Virus record (IMG/VR): IMGVR_UViG_3300022205_000001
Span: 128,001-168,076 of that record
Strand: one strand, 5' to 3'
DNA: 40,076 nucleotides
From: a virus
Taxonomy: Duplodnaviria; Heunggongvirae; Uroviricota; Caudoviricetes
Positions 35,224 through 40,076 of this stretch are shown piece by piece. Each line of letters opens with the position of its first letter. Position 1 is the stretch's first letter. Below the pieces are notes generated by a model. The model had not been told where the DNA came from. It saw only the letters and a program-made list of their open reading frames with translations, and ran no database searches. The position numbers and the translations under genes are program-made.

Positions 35224-35312
35224 TGGTACACCCGTATGGAATCGAACCATATCAAGCCGGTAATCTGCCGGGAAGGACTTATAAGGTCCTCTTGCCTCCA
35301 AGGCGCGGGTGC
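35224..35312 (-). tRNA. tRNA-Ile(UAU) with long V arm and minimal D arm
   Basis: Loop CTTATAA; V arm CCGG-CAGATTA-CCGG; GGTTCGA; CCA. Confidence 0.8.
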
Positions 35313-35319
35313 ATCTATT

Positions 35320-35395
35320 TGGTGCCTGTGAGAGGATTTGAACCTCTACTTCACGGCTTCTAAGACCGTTGACTCTGCCGTTGGTCTACACAGGC
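35320..35395 (-). tRNA. tRNA-Leu(UAG), short variable loop
   Basis: Loop CTTAGAA, CCA. Confidence 0.88.
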
Positions 35396-35400
35396 ATAGT

Positions 35401-35474
35401 TGGTGCCGGTAGAAGGAATTGCACCTTCTCAGAATGACTTATGAAATCATCTGGCTTCGCTTGTGCTTACCGGC
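35401..35474 (-). tRNA. tRNA-Met/Ile2(CAU), weak D arm
   Basis: Loop TTCATAA, CCA. Confidence 0.78.
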
Positions 35475-36045
35475 TATTGTTATACCGCTTTAGCCCTTCA
35501 CTTATCTTTTGTTTATAATCATCAGAAAGTGTTTTACCTTTATTCCAAGGAATGCGGCCTTTCTGTGATTCACTCATCTTTCTCTTCGTTTCTTCAGAAT
35601 GACGTTTGCCTATGAATCCATTCTTCATCAAACCATTTCGCCATGCTTCTATTGACTTTTCAGAACATATTCGTTTTGTTTTTTCCGTGTGGGTCTTACC
35701 TAAAAAAGGTCGTGCTTTCTTGCCGCCTGCCGACTGAAGGGCTTTCCATTGTTCAGGTGTTTTTACATTATTCGCATAATCCCACCCACCAAACCCACCT
35801 TGCTTGAGATTATAGGTATGTGGTCCCAAAACTACTAACTCTTTTTCCTTCTGAAACATTTCCTCAGAAGTATTTGCTTCAAACAGGATTTCCCTAATGA
35901 AGTTATTAGCACCATACTTCTCAATGGCTCGTTTGAGAAGAGTTCCTGACCCCAGGTACCCATCATCACGATCTTGTGTTTGGTGAGAGCCAATGTAAAA
36001 CTTTCCATTCACTAAGTTTGTTGTTTTATAGACCAAATAGAGCAT
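35467..36045 (-). CDS. GIY-YIG homing endonuclease (Seg-like) with NUMOD3 repeats
   Basis: LVYKTTNLVNGKFYIGSH, YLGSG, GKTHTEKTK, GKRHSEETKRKMS; late box at 36065-72, AGGAGG SD. Confidence 0.93.
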   Translation of the reverse strand: MLYLVYKTTNLVNGKFYIGSHQTQDRDDGYLGSGTLLKRAIEKYGANNFIREILFEANTSEEMFQKEKELVVLGPHTYNLKQGGFGGWDYANNVKTPEQWKALQSAGGKKARPFLGKTHTEKTKRICSEKSIEAWRNGLMKNGFIGKRHSEETKRKMSESQKGRIPWNKGKTLSDDYKQKISEGLKRYNNSR

Positions 36046-36078
36046 ATTAGTACCTCCTATGCGCTATTTAGTCTTATG

Positions 36079-36152
36079 TAGCGGGCCACCGGAGTTGCAC
36101 CGGGAACATAAGGTTATGGGCCTTATCGGGTCACTGTCCCCTGCCACCCGCA
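36079..36152 (-). tRNA. tRNA-Met(CAU), initiator-like (U1xU72), C33, no encoded CCA
   Basis: Loop CCCATAA; TGCGGGT/GCCCGCT acceptor; ends ACAT. Confidence 0.75.
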
Positions 36153-36156
36153 AACT

Positions 36157-36233
36157 TGGTGCCTCTGGTAGGATTTGAACCTTCACTAAACAGGCTCTCG
36201 ACCTGCCGACTCTGCCAATTGGTCTACAGAGGC
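36157..36233 (-). tRNA. tRNA-Leu(GAG), short variable loop, C33
   Basis: Loop TCGAGAG, CCA. Confidence 0.85.
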
Positions 36234-36239
36234 AATATC

Positions 36240-36322
36240 ATGGACAGAGTATTCTACCACTTGAACTACTAGCAGTGTGTAGCTGCTAACCAGGGCATTG
36301 AAACCTGGATCTCTCCGCTTAT
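36240..36322 (-). ncRNA. Circularly permuted tRNA-like RNA (T arm - closed acceptor - D arm)
   Basis: GCGGAG, CCAGG/CCTGG, TTAGCAG-CTACACA-CTGCTAG, TAGTTCAAGTGGTAGAAT, CTCTGT. Confidence 0.8.
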
Positions 36323-36397
36323 TGGTCTAGGCGACAGGATTCGCACCTGCATGGTCCCCGCCCCAAACGGGGTGGTCCACTCTTGACCCACGCCTAG
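36323..36397 (-). tRNA. tRNA-Pro(UGG)
   Basis: Loop TTTGGGG, C1:G72, CCA. Confidence 0.92.
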
Positions 36398-36402
36398 ATA
36401 TT

Positions 36403-36477
36403 TGGCGCTCCCTACGGGTATCGATCCCGTTCCTGAAGCTTGAAAGGCTTCCGACCTAGCCAGTAGTCGAAGGGAGC
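36403..36477 (-). tRNA. tRNA-Glu(UUC)
   Basis: Loop CTTTCAA, CCA. Confidence 0.92.
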
Positions 36478-36488
36478 ATATTCAATTT

Positions 36489-36563
36489 TGGTGGACCGAC
36501 CGGGCTTCGCTCCCGGCTCTCAACATTGCAAGTGTTGTGTTTTCCTGAATAAACTATCAGCCC
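36489..36563 (-). tRNA. tRNA-Ala(UGC) 1
   Basis: Loop CTTGCAA, G3.U70, CCA. Confidence 0.9.
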
Positions 36564-36568
36564 ATATT

Positions 36569-36643
36569 TGGTGGAGGTTGGCGGTTCTGCCCCGCCGACT
36601 TCTCGGTGCAAGCGAGATGGTTTCCTAATTAGCCTAAACCCCC
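36569..36643 (-). tRNA. tRNA-Ala(UGC) 2
   Basis: Loop CTTGCAC, G3.U70, CCA. Confidence 0.88.
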
Positions 36644-36655
36644 ATATTTTCTTTT

Positions 36656-36859
36656 AGCCCGTTCATTACTTCCACCTAAGCTTGGAAGACTGCCCTCACG
36701 GCAGCGAACGGAGCCTGCTTACCGGCTTGGGGTGATTGTGAGTAGCACTAGCCCTTTATCGGCTACGGTACATCTCACGCCCCAAACCTACATATTTTTG
36801 TTATCCTTTTACCCCGCCGTGTATAACGGGAACCGTATTAGGAGTTAGGAAAGGATAAC
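36656..36859 (-). ncRNA. Three consecutive unassigned structured RNA modules
   Basis: GTTATCCTTT/AAAGGATAAC; GGTTTGGGG/CCCCAAGCC; three-way junction closed by CCGTTC/GAACGG. Confidence 0.5.
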
Positions 36860-36864
36860 TCTCT

Positions 36865-36939
36865 TGGGGTGTCTGGTGGGCCAACGCACCCACATACCCA
36901 GGGCCACAACCTGGTACCTTACTCTTAGGTTACAGACAC
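36865..36939 (-). tRNA. tRNA-His(GUG)
   Basis: Loop TTGTGGC, C73, CCA; no encoded G-1. Confidence 0.85.
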
Positions 36940-37000
36940 AATCGATCTGGGTCCACGTAGGAGCCAGAAACTTTGGGATTCTTGTAAGGATGCATCAAGC

Positions 37001-37075
37001 TGGAGCCCATTGAGGGAATCGAACCCCCTTATCCGAGGTACAAACTCGGCGCATCACCATTTATGCTTAACGGGC
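37001..37075 (-). tRNA. tRNA-Thr(UGU)
   Basis: Loop TTTGTAC, CCA. Confidence 0.92.
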
Positions 37076-37398
37076 TAAAAACTCTTTCCTTCTTTGTACC
37101 TAACTCTACGAAAATGCCTACCCTTACCAATGTTCCTAGTCTTGTATGTTGGTGTCAACCCGTGACAATTGAGGCACAGCAATCTAGTATTTTTCACAGA
37201 ATCATTATCACTGTTACCGTCATCATGCTCAACATCTAAGGGAATAGGAACTCCATTCCATTCTTTCAATCCACACTGTTGACATTGATACCCTCGCTCC
37301 TCTATCAGGTATTTGCGAAGAGTCTGAGGATTAAGGGATACGCATGTTCCCGCTAACCAAGATTTACGCATCTCCACAAAATCTTTTCTATACGCCAT
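37075..37398 (-). CDS. HNH endonuclease (start uncertain)
   Basis: CQQCG..LDVEHDDGNSDND..NTRLLCLNCH. Confidence 0.82.
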   Translation of the reverse strand: MAYRKDFVEMRKSWLAGTCVSLNPQTLRKYLIEERGYQCQQCGLKEWNGVPIPLDVEHDDGNSDNDSVKNTRLLCLNCHGLTPTYKTRNIGKGRHFRRVRYKEGKSF

Positions 37399-37527
37399 AT
37401 TGATCTTACCAACAAGTTTCTGTTGACAACGGATGCAGGATTTCTGCGTGTCCTCCCCTTACAGGCGACTGGGCTACCTGCACAACCCCTGGTACCTTGG
37501 AGTCTGCTTGGTGTTTACATCAATCCG

Positions 37528-38052
37528 TTATGTCAATTCTGCCGTCCAATACAAATAATCACGCCAGGTCTCTGGCATTGTTCGCAATCCAATCGTGACC
37601 GTCACGACCTGCGCCCACTGAGGCTGCTTCGGCTTGCGAATCAACTTCATCCTCGCCTGTTCCGGTGTGCGTCCCGCCTTGCGGGAATTACAATCCACAC
37701 ACGCCGTCACAATGTTGTCCCAGGACTTCACGCCACCCTGAGTCACTGGCTTGACGTGATCGAACGTCAACTCTTCTGATTTAAACTTCTCTCCGCAATA
37801 CTGACATGACCAGTTATCCCTAGTGAAGATATTCAATCGCGTAAACTTCACCGGAATTTTACGCTTCAATCTCACCGGCATCAACATACGGATAACCGAT
37901 GGGATCTTCATCGTGAAAGAGATCGAATGAATTTCTTCGTTATGTTCCTCAATCACTTCTACCTTACCACTCCATAAAAGAGTAATGGCTCGTTGCCAGG
38001 TTACAATTTGTAGTGGTTCATAATGTGCATTAAGAACTAGCGTATGATTCAT
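37528..38052 (-). CDS. McrA-like HNH endonuclease
   Basis: LVLNAHYEPL, RDNWSCQYCG, DHVKP..GG..WDNIVTACVDCNSRK. Confidence 0.93.
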   Translation of the reverse strand: MNHTLVLNAHYEPLQIVTWQRAITLLWSGKVEVIEEHNEEIHSISFTMKIPSVIRMLMPVRLKRKIPVKFTRLNIFTRDNWSCQYCGEKFKSEELTFDHVKPVTQGGVKSWDNIVTACVDCNSRKAGRTPEQARMKLIRKPKQPQWAQVVTVTIGLRTMPETWRDYLYWTAELT

Positions 38053-38602
38053 GATGCATCCCTTTTTTACAATTGTCAAAATGGTACCGCTTCATCCCAG
38101 GTATCCCACCAACTTTATGACAATTTGGGCATTCTATTCGCTTTTGTGCTTTGCCCCTCATTCGTTCAGATTTCCTCAAATTTCTCTCTAACGAATGCTT
38201 TACTCCCCTCAATGTATCAGAAATCTTTTTTCTCGATTCTTCCGAAAATGTCTTTCCTAATCGATATGAATTTCCCTGGATTCTTTCTGCTTGAGCTTGC
38301 CTCCGTTCCGGTGTATGAGGAGGCATTTTCTTTCCTTTAGCATGTTGGTTGCCCTTCATATACTCAGAAGCAACCATTCTCTGAACATCGCCTTTACTTA
38401 TCTTACCTGACATCATCAATGCTGCTAAACGATCATACTCACTTCCATTCAATTCATAGAGTAGTTCATGTGCCTGTATATGTTGTTCCAGGGTCAACCA
38501 AACCACATTATCTGACGCATTGTAATCCCTATCGTATCTAGTCACATTCGGATTGATTCTACTTTTCCATTCATGAAATGGAATTACATGATGTTTATAC
38601 AT
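38030..38602 (-). CDS. HNH homing endonuclease with NUMOD3
   Basis: HHVIP..NVVWLTLEQHIQAH, SEESRKKIS, CPNC..RYHFDNC. Confidence 0.88.
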   Translation of the reverse strand: MYKHHVIPFHEWKSRINPNVTRYDRDYNASDNVVWLTLEQHIQAHELLYELNGSEYDRLAALMMSGKISKGDVQRMVASEYMKGNQHAKGKKMPPHTPERRQAQAERIQGNSYRLGKTFSEESRKKISDTLRGVKHSLERNLRKSERMRGKAQKRIECPNCHKVGGIPGMKRYHFDNCKKGMHHESYASS

Positions 38603-38617
38603 TCACACTCTTATAAA

Positions 38618-38691
38618 TGGCATGCCAGCGAGGAATCGAACCCCGGTCTTCTAGTTTGGAGCTAGAAATGTTCCCACTACACCACCAGCAT
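38618..38691 (-). tRNA. tRNA-Trp(CCA)
   Basis: Loop CTCCAAA, G73, CCA. Confidence 0.92.
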
Positions 38692-38696
38692 ATTAA

Positions 38697-38774
38697 TGGC
38701 TCCGGTCCCAGGGATCGAACCTGGCTCGTTCTCCGTTAACAGCGGAGCGCACTCACCCTGAATGCTAGACCGGA
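38697..38774 (-). tRNA. tRNA-Asn(GUU)
   Basis: Loop CTGTTAA, CCA. Confidence 0.92.
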
Positions 38775-38792
38775 ATACACTCTATTCAATTT

Positions 38793-38866
38793 TGGTACGC
38801 CCTCATGGTACTGCCCCATGTACTCCCGCTAATCAGGCGAGCGCCTCACTTTTTGGCCTAGAGCGT
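38793..38866 (-). tRNA. tRNA-Ile(GAU)
   Basis: Loop CTGATTA, CCA; non-canonical T loop. Confidence 0.85.
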
Positions 38867-38874
38867 ATAATCTT

Positions 38875-38948
38875 TGGTGGAGCCATACGGAATCGCACCG
38901 TAATTTCCACGTTGCCGACGTGGTATAATCCTTTTATATCATGGCCCC
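38875..38948 (-). tRNA. tRNA-Ala(GGC), C33; first tRNA of the array
   Basis: Loop TCGGCAA, G3.U70, CCA. Confidence 0.88.
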
Positions 38949-38952
38949 TTAT

Positions 38953-38988
38953 AAACAAAAAGCCGAAGGGTTTGTCTCCCCTTCGGCT
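38953..38988 (-). terminator. Intrinsic terminator/attenuator just before the first tRNA
   Basis: AGCCGAAGGG-GAGACAAA-CCCTTCGGCT followed by TTTTGTTT. Confidence 0.88.
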
Positions 38989-39039
38989 CTACTTTCTCTC
39001 TTCTCCCCTTGTAACATCGGGGAGTGATGCTACAAGTTC

Positions 39040-39153
39040 TTATGTATTTGCCTGTTCAATATTACCGAGAAACAAATGCCATGCCGCTGGATACACGGGT
39101 GACATACTATCTAGTGTCCCTTTAGTTTCTTGATAACGGCTTCGTGAATCCAT
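39040..39153 (-). CDS. Putative attenuator leader peptide MDSRSRYQETKGTLDSMSPVYPAAWHLFLGNIEQANT
   Basis: AGGGAG SD-like, 37 codons, between promoter and terminator. Confidence 0.7.
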   Translation of the reverse strand: MDSRSRYQETKGTLDSMSPVYPAAWHLFLGNIEQANT

Positions 39154-39185
39154 AACTCCCTACTACTTGCTCGATGATGTTTAAG

Positions 39186-39225
39186 AGTATAACACAGTTT
39201 CTTGTCCCTGTCAAGAGTATTTATA
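39186..39225 (-). promoter_or_regulatory. Tandem promoters of the tRNA array: sigma70 TTGACA-17-TATACT and late TATAAATA
   Basis: -10 at 39186-91, -35 at 39209-14, late box at 39218-25. Confidence 0.88.
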
Positions 39226-39280
39226 CAACTTTTTTCTCAAAACCAGGTTTTTTGAAAATTTTTTTATCCTGGTATACTTC

Positions 39281-39526
39281 CTACTTCCGTTCCTCAGGTC
39301 CTCCACAATAGATACACGTATCATGGGGAGGATCATCTAGATCATTATAAAGACAAATCCCCACAGGTGACGTAGGACATTTCCAATTGTAATAGTCTGC
39401 AATACTCTTCATCCCCAAATGGTTATTCACTGAACAATGCTCACGCAAATGGGCAAAAATATCACGTTCAATCTGGCGCCTGGCTCTCAGTAGATCTTGC
39501 ATTTTTTCCTGAGGTGTCATATGCAC
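39281..39526 (-). CDS. Cys-rich hypothetical protein (CPTSPVGICLY..CIYCGGPEERK)
   Basis: GGGAG SD, tiling ORF. Confidence 0.7.
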   Translation of the reverse strand: MHMTPQEKMQDLLRARRQIERDIFAHLREHCSVNNHLGMKSIADYYNWKCPTSPVGICLYNDLDDPPHDTCIYCGGPEERK

Positions 39527-39756
39527 TCCCTAAAATGCTCATTCAACAATGCCGAATCCTCTTTCGGTCTAGACTTCAAATTCAACGACACACTCCGACC
39601 AAAAGCCTCCCATTTGCCATCCCTAACCAATGCAAACCCGGCACTCACCGATTCATGATCCCGACCAAACTTCTGGACCGTACTATGATTGATCGTCTCG
39701 CGGAACAACAGCGGTACCTCTTCACCCAATTCATTTCTAACGACCACATATTTCAT
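39517..39756 (-). CDS. Hypothetical protein (VSAGF..GRSVSLNLKSR family)
   Basis: Common small phage motif, GAGG SD. Confidence 0.7.
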   Translation of the reverse strand: MKYVVVRNELGEEVPLLFRETINHSTVQKFGRDHESVSAGFALVRDGKWEAFGRSVSLNLKSRPKEDSALLNEHFRECI

Positions 39757-39808
39757 GATGCCCTCTTGATTTCATTGAGGAGTGATTTTGCTTCTGACAA
39801 CTTCCTCT

Positions 39809-40069
39809 TTATTTGAACAATAGTCGCAACAGAATCTTTTGACGAACCATCCAACCCTTTTTTAGATTCTCCCGATATTCTTCATCCATCACTTTGCCGT
39901 TGACCAGGACTTTATAGAAGTCCACTTGCTTAGGCGACGGCGCATTCGGTCCAACCATCACAAAAGAAAACCCATCTGTTTTTCCCTGCGCCTGGTCCTG
40001 AACCGTCTCAAGATTTCGTCCTAGTGCTTCGCTCAACATCCCCATGTTGTTATCCCCTTTCTTCATCAT
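39809..40069 (-). CDS. Hypothetical protein
   Basis: ORF; start probably the internal Met after AGGGGA. Confidence 0.55.
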   Translation of the reverse strand: MMKKGDNNMGMLSEALGRNLETVQDQAQGKTDGFSFVMVGPNAPSPKQVDFYKVLVNGKVMDEEYRENLKKGWMVRQKILLRLLFK

Positions 40070-40076
40070 ATTAAGA

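Noticed and set aside
35401-36152. Group I intron in a tRNA carrying the GIY-YIG gene
   Set aside because: Both flanking tRNAs are complete and no P/Q/R/S core is visible; the gene is free-standing
36800-36864. Theta/HDV-like ribozyme after tRNA-His (TTCCCGT loop-like)
   Set aside because: Could not build the nested P1/P2/P3 double pseudoknot
37425-37485. Twister-sister-like ribozyme (GCAGG..GCCCAGTC..TGTAAG..GGAC..CCTGC)
   Set aside because: Only a partial resemblance; the expected 3' internal-loop strand and stems do not form
26713-38948. Stop-codon recoding or suppressor tRNAs
   Set aside because: No CUA/UUA/UCA anticodon found; conserved genes end normally at TAA, TAG and TGA
26700-39000. 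CRISPR array
   Set aside because: Recurring strings (ggatttgaacc, ctctgccgttggtcta) are tRNA T and D arms, not repeat-spacer units
38953-39180. T-box riboswitch
   Set aside because: No T-box consensus (GGTGGNACCGCG) or stem I motifs; the leader-peptide model fits better

Overview
Segment of a large T4-like (Tevenvirinae/Kyanoviridae-type) myophage genome. 1-9.1 kb: baseplate/tail module (PAAR, gp5, gp27-like, gp53, gp48, gp4, gp2, gp54, gp26/gp51, gp29-like tape measure). 9.3-26.6 kb: minus-strand replication, transcription and host-takeover genes (gp32, gp59, gp33, DsbA, SleB-type hydrolase, exonuclease, PhoH, HD hydrolase, TusA, ClpP, RNase H, RtcB, DNA ligase, Pol-beta nucleotidyltransferase). 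26.7-39.2 kb: a minus-strand RNA-gene array. It has 41 hand-folded tRNAs covering all 20 amino acids, a tmRNA and an RNase P RNA. It also holds several aberrant tRNA-like RNAs (one circularly permuted), an unassigned ~830-nt structured RNA, smaller structured RNAs, four HNH/GIY-YIG-type endonuclease genes and mini-ORFs. The best candidate for a new system sits at the head of the array: an early and a late promoter drive a 37-codon leader using 19 of 20 amino acids (29 different codons), followed by alternative hairpins and a terminator. This looks like a pan-codon attenuator that could switch on the phage translation-rescue kit when any host tRNA is depleted. All calls were made by eye from motifs and hand folding; no searches were run.
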